Source of the DNA: Bugula neritina | Lineage: Eukaryota > Animalia > Bryozoa | Direction of reading: 5' to 3' | Assembly (NCBI GenBank): GCA_964035545.1 | Contig: OZ037769.1 | Location: forward strand, 5,747,929-5,811,928 | Length of the DNA stretch: 64,000 nt | Shown: in pieces, positions 39,401-53,751 of the stretch | Layout: every line of letters begins with the position of its first letter | How positions within the stretch are numbered: position 1 is the first letter of the stretch | Program-made: the position numbers and the translations under genes | Notes under the pieces: generated by a model | Database searches by the model: none | The model's input: only the letters and a program-made list of their open reading frames with translations | Told to the model about the DNA's origin: nothing

Positions 39401-42400
39401 TTATTTTTATTTGTAAATTGACAATTTGAAGGATTTTCCCAAAGGTTCCTCCATGCATGCTGTGAGATTTTACATTTTATTCATCACTGGCGTTTGGTCT
39501 TTCTCAACTTTTTTAGTTGAATGCATTTGAACTCACCAACTCAGAGAGTACAAGTAGTAAAACTAATTTCACTTAGCAAACATTCTATCTTTTAGAGTGT
39601 GTCTAAAATAATAGAGGCACAATCAGACACAACGAGATCTCATGCACTTAGCCGGTGTCCTTCTCACCGCCCCCTACACAAACTCGCGGCAGCAGACATA
39701 ATGGCTGGTGGACCACCACTAGCTAGAGGTCTAAGGTTTGTATATGCATACATACTTGTTATTTATAGTCTCAGTGAGCGTTACGTAGGTCATCAATGAT
39801 ACTATCATACTAATCTCTCTCTTCTCCTTCTGTATATACATCTGTAGACACTTCTGGCTACATATTCAGTAACATTAGCTTCGTTGGAGCTTTATTTTAT
39901 TCAATTTTGTTGGAGGTAGCTCTCTCAGAATTTGGTGGTAGCAATGCATACCTGCGGTCATTAAAGATTGTTATCTGTGTTGTAAAGTGCAGATCCTTTA
40001 AAGAACATAGAATTTTCTAATTATGCAATATTATTTTTTTAAATTTTGATAAGTTATTTTTTCAAGTCGGCTGTACTTTTGTATGATTAGTCACTTGGTT
40101 CCGCCTGAGCCTCAAATTGTTATTGAAAAAGTCTTCCAGTATATTATGTTGTTTATATGCCAATAACTGTATTGGACAATCAAATATTCTAGTAGCTTCT
40201 AGATTGCTGCTGTATGTGTAATTGAATGATATTAAGCATTTTTATAGTAGTCTACAAAAATAAATCTTGTTTGCACCCTCCCTTGATCAAATCATTTGTA
40301 GACTTACAGAAAACAATAAAAATCTCATACTTTTAGATTTCCCAAAAGGTTTCCAGAGCATGGTTTGACAAATCTAAATCTGAGATTGAACCAGGATTCA
40401 GACTATATTAATTTCAGAGCTGTTGAGTCAAAGGTAATGCGTATAAGCACATAGTCATAAGCATATTATAAGCATGCTGTAACTCAATGGTATTTTGCTA
40501 AACACTAGCAACATAAAGAGTATATAAATGAGCAAGCCGCTTTATTTATGTTTTAAAATATATGTTTAATTTTTTCTTTGCTGTCTGCATCATATATGTT
40601 GCCTTTTATTTAGATATTTTTGTGGGAAATTATATCATAATATATAATCAATTATTTACAGTTATACAACCTTTGCATCATACTTAACTATGACCTTTCT
40701 CACCATGGCTATTACTTTTAGTCTGCAAGACCGGTGACTGCTAAACTAGCACTCCAATTTGAATTGTAGTGTCCTTTTCAAATTGTGATAGAAACACTAG
40801 TTTCTCCATTAATGAAGGTGTTTGCCATAGTACTCCATTCTGTGCTGATAACACACATGTAACTGTGTATACCTCATATTAGGCTGTGGTTCATGCTTTT
40901 TAAAGTTTTTTGTATTTTTTGTTTTATCAAAATAACTTGATGGATGAGTGCACCAGAAAAATAAGCTCTATAATTTAAAGGAAGAAATAGGTTTTACTTT
41001 AATCTTTAATAATGCTAATTATATATGTATATATGTTATATTATATTATGTTATATTATATTATGTTATATTATATTATGTTGTATTATATATGTATATA
41101 TTATTTTTTATTTTTCTGTAAAACTTTAAACTTTAAACTGTCAAATGGATAAAATGTCAAAAGTAGGTTGCTGAAGACTTTTAACCTAAATAACAAACTA
41201 AAATGCTTTGCTGGTTAAATTTTACGTCTGATGGGGATTTTTAGTTATTCAACATTGAGGAGGCAATTGACACACCAAGTATGGAAGCGTTAAAGGAACT
41301 CGCGTTTCGTGGTGTCAAATCTTTTGAAGACAAACGAAAGAAAAGTCTTTATGCTGACAGAAAAAGAGTTGACGTCACTGGTTAGTTTTTATTACATTGC
41401 AAAGGTTCTTTATAAAGCAGTGTGCCAGTTACACATTTTCTCAAAAATATTTTTCTTTTAAACTATTGATATTTCTTAATAAGAAACTTTCTGAATATAT
41501 TATAATCTTGCAACATAAAAAATGCACTTATAAGTTATTGATTAATATAAAAATCAAGTCCAACCAATCATTTCGCATTATTTTTTTCTTGGTATATCAG
41601 ATAAATTATTATTATGTACTTGAAACTTTACTTCTGTTAGACTGTTACATGTATTTAAGTCGCACTAAGCTAAAATTTATATGTTCTAGTATACAGGTGT
41701 AATGGTAATCTACTTGCTCTATAAGAAATCTTTTATTACTCAACAGTTAGTATAAAAACGTTTATAATAATTTGCATTCTATGTATAATAACAATTTACT
41801 ATCTATACAAAATATACAGCCAATAATATATGTAAATAATATATATATTATTGTTCACATATTGTGTTTTATTATAGATTGTATATAGACATAAGTTATG
41901 ATTTGTGTATATTTTAAATTTTCCATGAAAATATCTCCGGTTAACTTATTTATACAATTATTCACATATTATTATCTTTAACTGTAACTCTTCAACAACT
42001 TATGTTGCAAATCATACATTATTTATGGTATTTCAGTATAATTCGCTGCTAATATGTTTTTTCGCATAATAGGTGAACTGAGTCACAGGAAGTATCGTGG
42101 ATTGCCAGACATCATTAAACATTTCTTGTCTCCACATGGTCGCGAGGAGCTACGCACCTCAATGTCTTCTGAGCTGCCCGAGATTTCGGTTGATCCTACT
42201 GAGCTCTATTCAGGAGTTGCCATCAATAAACTAGTTGTAAGATATGCTGACATGTTTAGTTGAAGTGTGTTGTCTTCCCAAGTATAACATTTTGGAGAAA
42301 ATGTTTAAAACCCTAATATAAGTCGAGTGCTCATTTTCTGCTATTCAAGTTATAAAATTAGCCAAATTAGGAATGGCAATAATAGAGATAAAACTTGACC

Positions 42401-45400
42401 ACAGCATTTTATTTATAAAATTATGTTAGATTTAATGAAAAGAGGGTAAAAATACTTGACATAGTTTTTAATTAATAAGAAAATTTCACAAAATAATTGG
42501 ATATCTTTGAAACTTTTCATACATACTTTTATTGATTTAAAAAATTGCAGCAAAAGGAAGACCAATATTTTATAGAAACTTCACACTATTGCATTTGAAT
42601 ATATCTACTTTTCTTTTACTTATGATCGACAATTTAACTGAATTTCTTGAATCTCCCCTCACTTGCAGGAGTTGAGAGATGAACTCTCAAGGATCTCTTC
42701 TGACACTCTCCTATCAGACAAACTAATAACACTGACTGAAGACCTCTTGCATGCAGAGCAGCAGATGACAGAAACTCATGACAAACTCCTCAAAGCCAGC
42801 ACAGCGTCACCCACAGCTTTTCTCTCTCCAAGTTCCATTAAAGAATCATCTTCAAACAAAGTTTCCACCTCTGACAGGTTTTTAGAAATAGCATGCTTCC
42901 TTTTGTAGATGTACAGAGTATTTTTATTGTGGTGCACTTAAGTTTTTCACTTTGATAATTACTTTCACTCAGCAAAAAACTTCAAAGTTAGGGGTTAGCT
43001 GAATTGTAATGAAGTTTTATTCTTTGTAAAATATTGTCAGGGTAAAGATGCATAGCATGTACAGAAGCTCACTAATGTGAATTTATATGGTCACTATCTC
43101 TGTGAAAAGGCCACTGGTGGAAAGCTTTTTCACGTTGGCTAAGGAATTGTTTTCTATGGAGGCAAAAGAGCAATTATGAATGCCTTTCTTAACGTTATTA
43201 CTACCTCTACCGAGATTCGAACCACTGAAATTAGCAAATCGTAGCATAACATAGTATAGCATAGCATAGCATAGCATAGCATAGCATAGCATAGCATAGC
43301 ATAGCATAGCATAGCATAGCATAGCATAGCATAGCATAGCATAGCATGAATAGATTGTGCAATTATTAGCAACTAGCCCAAGGCAAACTTCAGCAAGAAA
43401 TTTTATGTCAAATAATTGTGAACAATTTCATTCTGGTTGTAAAAGATATAATCCATATTGATTTGTAATGTAAACTAATGCATTTTTAGCTCGAAATCTG
43501 GGACAGATTTAAAACGGCCACAAAAATCAGCTACAAGTGGTGCACTCTTGGATCCCAACTCACAAAAACCAGCTACTCTCAGTGTTGGCATAGAAGGAAC
43601 ATCTCTGGAACACAGTTCTAAGTCTCAGCACTCTTTAGGAATAAAATCAGAGTTAGTATGAATGGTTAGCAGGAACTTGGCAGAAATTTGCTTGATGACT
43701 CGTGACATATTTCTATACTATTACAATGTTTTTATATCATAAATGATGCACATTAATTAGTATGAGTATTGTACACTGACAGCTAAAAAGTGTTTTTATT
43801 AACTTTAATGCTTATTTCTGTACCTAGTTTTCAAGTATATAAGACAAAAAACCTCAATTAGTTTTTTTAATATATATCTACAATATTTTGCAATACCTAG
43901 TTTATTAAAATTTTAAATTTGATTAGAAATCTTTTTCTACCATTAGATTGAAGTAAAGCCCCTCTTTCCTTCCATCTATTTGTTCATAGCTATATTTACA
44001 ATCTCATTTTGTATATAACTGTATAGAGTAGATGATAGAATTTGCTACGATTTATCGAACTGTTTATGCGTTGTCATAGAAACCACGAGTCTGTAAGCCG
44101 TAGAGTTAGTTTCTCACCTGACATACCACCACACTCTGTAGCCTCAGCAAACTTTGAAGAGTTGGGGACAGATTTCCTAACCGTCACTAGACCAGGAAAG
44201 TAAGTACGACATGTACATTCTTTGAAACTTCACTCTATTTAAATTTATATTCTGATATTTTAAACTAATTTAAAGATGAAGACAAACAGTATGGAACAGT
44301 TTAATTTGTGATTTTTCAAGTCTAAACTGACCAAAACATTAAAGTTAAGGAATTATTACTCCCTGGCTTGTGTAATTCTAAATTCATTTGTACTTTATCC
44401 CAGGTGTCCCTACTTGAATAAACTTTCATTAGGTAGTAAAAATATGTTTTCTGTTAATTACTGCACACGCAGCTCTCACCAAAACTCAACTAAAACATTT
44501 ATAAAATAACTATCAGTACCAACTTTTGACAGCTAGCAATTTGCACGAACTTTACAACTGCACTATTTATTCTTAGCTGTCAAAAATAAAGTTTCAACAA
44601 TTCTACTGCTGTTTAGAGCGACAATTTATATTCTTTGTTGTATGTAACATCTACATAAGCTCAAAACTGTACCTCTATATTTCTCACTAAATACTGTTTT
44701 ATGTAGAATAAGGTAAAATATACTTCAAATCATCTTTTTAATGCAAGCATCAAAATGATATGACTTGGTAAGAGCGAATCAAGTCTCCTCACTCTGTCAC
44801 TATAATAACGTCATAAGGAATTAGATCATTGAGGTCATAAGTAATTAGGTCAATTAAGTCATAAAGAATATAAGTCAATTAGCTCATAGTGTCTGTACAT
44901 ACTTCTGTGTGACTATTTACTCTTTAATTTGCAGCCGGCACGGGTCTCACATCACAATAATGTCTGACTTACCTAGACTATCTACATCCTTTCAGTCTAA
45001 GAGCTCCCAGAAGCTTGATCTGTAAGTACAATACCTTTGTGTTCTGTTAAGTCAGTGTAGCTAGCTTTAATTACAAGGCTATGCATTTAGGTGCAGGTGT
45101 ATTAATGCATTATATTGATATAAAGTTACTGTTGATGCAATATTGGCCATATATGTGTAACATAAATTAAGAAACTACTGTGTTCTACCAATGTAACAAT
45201 TGTGTCAACTCCTTTGGACAAGTTTATGAAAACAAATAACAACGTATTTTGTGGTACAAGCTGGACAGTGTGCCTGTGTGAAAGCTCTAACTCGTGTCGT
45301 TACTTTTGTTACACTTTTTCTAATAAGTCTATAATTGCAACAGCTGCTATATTGGTGAGTTAGCTGCTGAAATGTAATCTTAAAAAGGGCTGTTTTTACT

Positions 45401-48400
45401 AAAGCTAAAATTGTTTAATTCATTTTGTCTGCTACAGAGATGAAGAAGTGCTGCTAGTAGCAAAGAAGAACATTCACTTGACTCCACTGATAAAAAATGA
45501 TGCCGATCTCAAACGTCGATCTCGAGGGTCGAATGGTTAGGTTTTTAGCTTGTGCTATTTTATATAAGTCTTACAAGCTGAGCTGACATCATCATGATAA
45601 ACTCTAATGTATAATTTTTTTTTGTAATGGAGTTTTCTATTATACTGAATTCATTCATGTTTTATTCATAATTAAAAAGTTAAACTCGAAAACTCTCTAT
45701 ATGGGCATAATTTTCCAACCACATTATTCTGTTCTTCGGGACATCTCTTCATTACTTCTCTTGTGCTGCCAAAGAAGATCTAATGACTCTAAGGCTATTT
45801 ATTGCCATAATTTCGAGTATTTATTTTCATCTTACTTGAATAAGCATATTATATACTTTATAGCCCCATGCTACTTTGTAGAACTCAAACTAAGCATGCT
45901 TAATTTATACAATGTTTGAATATCATACTGTTTACTGCCATATTAGATCTCATAAAAGTAACAGCACTACTGCATGAGTAGCTGTTAGATCTTTCTAGAA
46001 ACTTATGTTATTAGTAGTAGTTGCAGCTATAGTGTAAGTTGTAACACTAAGAAGACAATCTTACTATTTCTATCCCTTACAGTTTCCTGTTATGCAAAGT
46101 TTTCTATGATACTTCTAAATAAGAAAATAAATGTCAGTGCAATTGTCTTACCAACTTTTTTCTAATTCTATTTGCAGTGAGGGTTTCTCCAGACGACATC
46201 CGAGACTTGCTGACTCAGCATGGTCTGGATGACAGACCCACCATCTTACAGGCAATGAAGTTTGCTAAAAGCATGGCCTACTCTGAACAGAGGCCAACCA
46301 AAGCACTCGATAAATCTCAACTCAATAAATTTATAGAACTCGTCAAGTTTATGAAACCGAAACCAGCCCACCTGAGTATGTTCATAGCTGTAAAGTGTAG
46401 TGACTAGAGAAATTGTTAAATGTTTTATTGATGCAGCTATCTGTTGCTTAAACCTTATGATAAGGCAACTTCTGTGCACTTTTTGTGATGTTGTTTTGCC
46501 AAATTGGAAATCTAGTTCATCTGAGCTAACCTTTATTATTAAAACCTTTGACTGTTACGACTTGTAGTCCACACGGTAACCTTGTCAGGGTGCAATTAAC
46601 AGGAATTCTACAGGATCATTAAAACATATTGTGTTCTTATTTAAAAGGCAGGGTGGGAAGATCGAGCAGTATGGGTAATATTCTGCATACGTCAAGGGGG
46701 AAGGACATGAGCACATGGTTCGAAAGTTATGCTCAAACTGAAACTGCAAGGAGAAACAGTGAAACTGATCTCCCAGAACGAAGAATGTTTTACGAACACA
46801 AGGACTTGGTTGAAGAGAGCCACTCTCCAGATGCAAGTTAGTAAAGTCACATGACCCATCTAATTAGATATGTTCATACTTTCTATAGGCATTCACAAAT
46901 TAGTTGTTGGGTGCACTTTGAATCACCACTGATACTCGATAAATTTCGAATATATTGCCCGCTACAGATAAGTTTACTCATTTTTACACATATACTTAGC
47001 TGCAAGAAAAGTTAGTAAAACGTAACAACTTGATTTTTTGAAAGTGTTTTGCTGCTCAACACCAATTAAAGTTACTAGACAGCTTAATACCTGTTAAAAT
47101 TTTTCTAGCATATAACAAGAGCAGAGGTGTCATTTAAGTGTATTACATAATATTGAATGATGTCCCCTGAAGCAGTTTTGTTATGTCTTACAATATATAA
47201 AACTTTCTACCCCTGTATTTCACAATTAATAGAGCTGAAACTTCCTATGCTTCATATAGCAGGAAGCATTTAAAAAAGTAATTTTTAGCCCCTTTTTAAT
47301 GTAAACTAAAAACATTTTGCTACTATCTTTATATTTTTTAACAAAACTTTTGTCATCTATTCACACACCAAACATTCTACAACAAACTATACATGCTAAA
47401 TTTAGGTACGAAAAAGACAGAAGAGATTAACAAACTGAGAAGTTTTGGAAGGAGAGAATTTCGAAGCTTCAGTTTGACTAACGTATCATCTGACACTAAA
47501 AGTAAATTTGATGGGTTTGACCTTGCTAAGCGTCCAATCACAGTAAAAGTTGAGCAGCCACCTGATCAGTAAGTTCAAGGATGTCAAATGGCTTTAGTTC
47601 TTGGTGACAGTCTGTGAGCCTAAGTTCAAAATAAAAATGAAAATATTTAGATGTTTTGGAGCCAATAGTTTAAGTTGAGAGCGGAAAACCTAAAAACTAA
47701 GGAGTACTGTACACAAGTAGTAGTGTTGTATTAATGAAGTTTTAATGGTGCAATTACAACTATCTGTCTTACTGGGATGGGGGTCAAGAGGTTACATAGA
47801 CAGTGCTCACCTTTGCACATGCATGCTAAGAGTAGCAGGTGAATAGTCTTGAGTTTCAAAAGATTAAAACTATATTGAATAATTTTTTATGATTTTGCTA
47901 TGTATTGTCTTTAACAATTCACATTTTATTTCTATGTGAAGCACTGTGTATGTTTTATATATAATAAAAGAAAATATTCTCTGTAATATTTCACACTAAT
48001 AAGATAATATTATATGAATTGGTCAGGTGTATATAATAAAATTTAACTTATTTCTAAATCTAAAAAAATCTTAGCACATCCTAGCACATATTTCAATTCT
48101 TTAAATTCAAAAGTCATGATCATGTGGAAGCAAAATTATCTTATATTATCTAGAGAGGAGATTATTCCACAGAAGGTTGATAGTGCAATAATACACAGAA
48201 AGAAGAAGCTAAGTGATGTAAAACAGCAACTGGTAGATATGGCAAAAATGCTAGAAGCTAAAAGGTTACCCTACTAGTTTGTGATAACCTTGATTTGTTG
48301 TTTTCCTGAATCGAACGTCGCTTTTAGGTTTAGTTTTCCCTTTAAATTTACTTTTCGTTCATACCTGTAGAAACAGAAGCCTGCTACAAATATACTTACA

Positions 48401-51400
48401 CTTTTATGTTTTAACACATTCTACACTTTAGACTCAATTTTAATATATTAAGGCTGACTTTTTCATACTAAAAATTTATAAAAAAGATATATTCTTTTTT
48501 TATTCGTGTTGCATAAAAAAGGTAATTCATTTCTTTGGCATAAAATTAAAAAAAAGTAAGTTCAAGCAGAAGTATGCAGTTTTTTGCATTTAGACTTTAA
48601 ACAGGTCAAACAAACTTTATCATACTAATCGTATTTTTTTTGCAGAGAACGCAAGGCATCCTCTTTGTCATTCAATGCTAGTCAAGCTTCTACTCGCACT
48701 TCTCAAAAACTCTCTAGTAAGAAACTTGAAACAAATTCTAAAAAAATATATATGTTTGCCTAAAACTATTGCACTTGAATTTTCTAGTTGCAACAAAAAT
48801 CTGTTGCAACTTTTTGGGAGTTAAAGAATTACGCTTAATTCTTATTTATCCTGCATTAACATCCTGTAGTGGATGCTGTATGCTCATTGCTCATGCTAAT
48901 GAGTGGCATATTCATGCTATCAAGCATGCAGCGTTATTTTAGTTTTCGAGCTGTGCTTCAATAGATTATCAAAAGAATTAAAACTAAAATTGAGTGATAG
49001 TAACAGAAAACAAAGCAATAAATTAATGTCTTTGGAGCTATTCTACAAGACTAACTAAAAATAATTTTTATCCATATTCTGCTCAAATGCAACAGACCTA
49101 GCACTTTCAGTTGATGTCTGTTTAAAAAATTTTTATGTTGTGTTTTAAGGCAGCAGCATGAAAAGTGCTCTTACCGATGCAGATGTTCTACATGGAGAGC
49201 TCATTGCAAAGGAAAGGGGGAGTGAAGTAGAGGCTGCACAAGTCCCTACACCACAACATGTACCTCTAGATGAAGGTATATACCTTGCCTTGTGAGAGGA
49301 GGTTTTAGGATTTTCTTGATCTTTTCATGTTGAAAATTACAGGGATAAGTTGTTATAAACATATTCATTACTAGGGCTAAAGTTCTTCTGTTTTTATTTC
49401 AAATGCTAAGAAACCACTCAAGAAGAAATGAAGAAAAGATATGATATAATGAATATCATCCACAGGCTGTTTTTATATAGAAAAATGTGGCTATGATTTA
49501 AAACCCTATTACTTTTAGTCATCTTGCAAAACACAACTAAAAAAAGTTAGTGTGAGTTTAAAGCGAATAACAAAAATTTCTAGAATCTAGATTCATTTTG
49601 TTATGTTTCTGAGTTTTCAAAAGCACAGTTTTCAAATTAAGAATTTTGGTCGCAGTCTCTACTGAAGTTAAACATATTTCCTCTCTTTCAGTGACAGCTG
49701 CCATGTTGCTAACTGATGTCATTGATATAGCTCTCAGAAACCACCCAAGAGAATCTCTAAAAATGGATTCCACAGAGTTAGAGTCACTACTGTCTGGTAT
49801 GACAATTCAACAGAATAATGTGGCGTCAATTGATAATATCTACTCATTTTGAAAGTTTTCAAAGTACTGTCATCTTTATTGAGTAAACAAAAGCTCTTGC
49901 ATTGAATAATAATTAGTTCAAGCGAATAACTCTGACTTTTTATTTTTTCACCCCTTATAAATTTAAATATTTTTTTCTTATAGTTTATTATCTCTAAAAA
50001 TCATGTTCAAATTTCTAGACTATTTTTATTTACTTGCAGAAAAAATTCTTCAACTGCAATCTGCAGAAGGTGCTGATGCCAAATTGAAAGAAGTTAAACT
50101 TCTGCTGATTAATAAAATTGTTTCCTCTCAGCTTACAAAGAAGCGAGACAAATTTAGGGCAATGTCAGATGCATCGGAGTCCCAAAAGAGGGCTGCTAGC
50201 TTTGGGCATGGTTGGTTACTACATTGAGTTGTTATAATTATATACTGCTTATATATCATAGTTTGAGCTTTGAGTGTAGAAAAAATAGTCAGAATGAAAC
50301 ATGCAATAAGTTTCTAGCATATTCTCAATCAACTGTTGTTTTGATTTAAATTTGGTGTGTTTGGTATGCTATATACATGGGAAAATACAAAATATACATA
50401 TTTCACGGTTAGTTGCTATATGTCTATCTTGTCCTAAAGTAAGGAATTATAAAATTTAGGATCTGATGGAAAATTTTACTCAGGTAAGGGCTGCTCTGTA
50501 AAATATACCTATAGCACTATCTGAATAATATCAGTTGCTTTCACTCCCACTTGCTTAGTTTTTATCTGCGTGAGAACTATTGTAAATTTGGTAAGAACTT
50601 TTTAGCTGAAAAACTTTGCTTCTTACCATGCTGGTGACTTTGTATAAGGGCTTCCTCTTGTAACACAGAAGCAATTACTGACCAAATGCCCTTCACAACA
50701 TCACCACATCTTACTTAACAATAGTAACATCTGTATGCTGTTTAAACTTGCCTTTAATTAGATAAGATGAAACACTAATTATTTAATATTGTAAATTCTA
50801 GAGTATTGGCATTATAGCAATGATAAAACATACTCACATTTAGTTTTGAAATTTCAATTGGTTTGCCAGAAGGTTCAGCTGATTTACTAGCTTACTTAAA
50901 ATGCATTTGCCCTGAAGTATAGCAGCTACATATATAATTTGCTGAACAACTGCTGTTGCTTTCTGAACCATGATTTGTCTATTTTTGTGGCTTTATATTC
51001 TTTTGCAATTGTGTTTTTAGCAATCATACTTTGAATTGTCAACTTTACTTCTTTAAAAAGTTTAAGCTATCAGCTGCATATATAGGATAACCATAAAATT
51101 TCTACATTGAGCACTTGTAAACCAAGGCGACCTTTAATTTATTAAATAATTTAATATAAGTCTATACTCAGAGCAATTCAGCTATTTTTTACTACAAAAT
51201 CGCAATACAGTTCATAGACTCCCTGTGTGTAAGAACTAGTATAATATGCTGATTTGAATTGTTATAAATACAGCCATTATGCCTCAACACATGGACCCTA
51301 CAGAAGCAGATGCCCTGGAAGACACGACTCAACAGGTTCTCTTCCTAAACAGAGAGCTCACCAGACAGGAAGCAGAAGAGTTTGAGCTGATAGCAGACAT

Positions 51401-53694
51401 ATGTAAAATGGCTGCTGACGGTGTACTCGGTGCAGAAGAGGCTTTGCGCTGCATTGGTAAATGTCAAGACAGTTAACATTTTAGTATCGTGTGTATTTAG
51501 TATAATACATATCTATTTTGTAGATATCTGTGACTTATACCTTCACTATTTTCAGTCAAAAATTTGGCTGAGCTGAAAATCTCACTGAGTTGCATTGCAC
51601 TGTGAAAACTACTCATCAAAACTGTTGTGCTTGTGATAACTTAATTTTCTAACTTTATATTATTAGCAAAAGAAATAATGAATTCTTGTGGGTATTTACA
51701 TTGTTGATTAGATGACTTACCTGAGGTGTTAAAATATCACTACACTTGATCTCTCTAACTGTTGCTAATTTGTAAACATCTTCAGATATACTATTTTACA
51801 AAATTTGTGTTCACAACTTTTACAGCTGAAATTGGAACAAACCTGGGACTCAACAAGCTAACATCTGCAAACTATGAATCTTTACAGGCAGCAACCGAGC
51901 ACGTGTATGATACAGTGTTTCGGCATCGTGAGCAGGTGAGTTTATAGTGATTGTATGCACTGCACTTCCTTTCCCATTCTAAGTAACGAGTCTCATGTCA
52001 ACATTAATTCAAAAACCTTATGAAACTTTATAAAATCATTGCATCATAATTTATAATATATTTTGATGTTTTGAAATTTAAAACTTTATCATCAATATGC
52101 TTTATTGCAGAAAAATGAGAATGTAAAGAGAAGTATAATACCTCTGGAACTGATGTGGCAACTGCATGCTGACTATGGAAGCTCAGATCTAGATAAAGTA
52201 GGAAATACATTATAATTACCATATTCTGTTATTAGCTTATTATTCATTGATGAACTGGAGTTCAAGCTATTTTTTAAATGGTCTAATACTCTAATAAATT
52301 GCTTGAATAAAAGCACAAAACATAATAATACACTTGGCATGTAATAAACTCTACGACGTGGTAAAATCTAGGATCTAAGTGATGTGGTAGATGAGGACGT
52401 CACTGCTACGTCTCTCCTTGAAAGCAAACTCGCAAGCAAGAATTTCAAAGCTAAAAGAGAAAGGATCATAAAACAAATAGAGACTGAAACTCATACCCAG
52501 AAACAATGCCAAGTAGGTTTTACAGTTTATACCCTATCGCTAACATAAAATTATAGATAGCCGTATGTATTATTTTTTTACTGTCTACACATGTCATTCT
52601 ACAAATTGATGCTCTATGTTTATCACTCAAGTTTCTAATTTTAAAATGTTTTACTTTTTGTTGTTGAATTATTTTTTAATGTAATAGAGGAGGTGTTATA
52701 TACATTATGGCATTGTTGCAATACAAGCTTTTAGAGAAATTGCTATAATGAACTTGCAAAAAAGCTATGGAAAGCTTTCAGCCAAATTACTAATATACAT
52801 GCTGAATTTACTTTCTCTTTACTTCTCAACTTATAGCCAACATATTATGTGCACAACAAGAAATATTTACTATAAGGCTACACATATAACAGCTACTTTC
52901 ATACTATAGCTGTTCAATAAATCTGATGAGAAGTTTTTTGCATATGTCTCGTGGTCTATGGTTTTGTATGCCAACTTTTGTATTAATGGGCTATTTTGAG
53001 GTATGTTTGATTTTCTAGGAAGTTTCTATTGTGAATAGAAGTATTCTCCAAGGACTGGAGAAAGCATCTGTGAAACTTAGAAAAGGCAAGTTATAAGCTA
53101 ACCTTCAATGGGTTCTTTCTAGCTGTTTCTATTTTGTAAATCAAATAGATAACTTCTTTTTAAAGTAAATATCTTTAGTTTCAATCTCATTTGAACGCTG
53201 AAAATGAATGTAGTGGTAATAAAATATTAGGTTGATATGTTTAAATAACAATGTAGTAGGTATAAAAATGTTTCTCATTATTTATTTCTAAGGGAATATT
53301 TGAAGTTTATAATTTTATATTGTTGAAAGCAATCTGCTAAAACACTCAATATAACTATAAACAAGCAATTTTTAAGTAAATGCTTGCTTTATTACTGAAA
53401 AAAATAAGATTTTGCATACCCTGAGAGTAAGAATAACTTGTTTATCTTTTCATCTTGTGTGATTATGCTTTTTGAATAGACACTATAATTTATTTTAGAA
53501 ATAAAAGGCGACAAGCTTCAAACTAAGCTTTCCTCTTTTCAGTCCTTCCTTGCCAACAAAACTCTTGAGTTACAGAGTACCGAGGAGCTGAGAGAAGCAC
53601 ATAAAGATATAGATATCCCTGCCAGGGTACAACATTTCTCTAGTCTACATCCTACGGTATGCATTGAGAAAAAGATATATCTGCGTGGTGCGTT

Positions 53695-53751
<57 letters not shown>

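Noticed and set aside
52923-52960. CTGATGAG motif as another hammerhead (also ~63678)
   Set aside because: No GAAA core or supporting stems I/III downstream.
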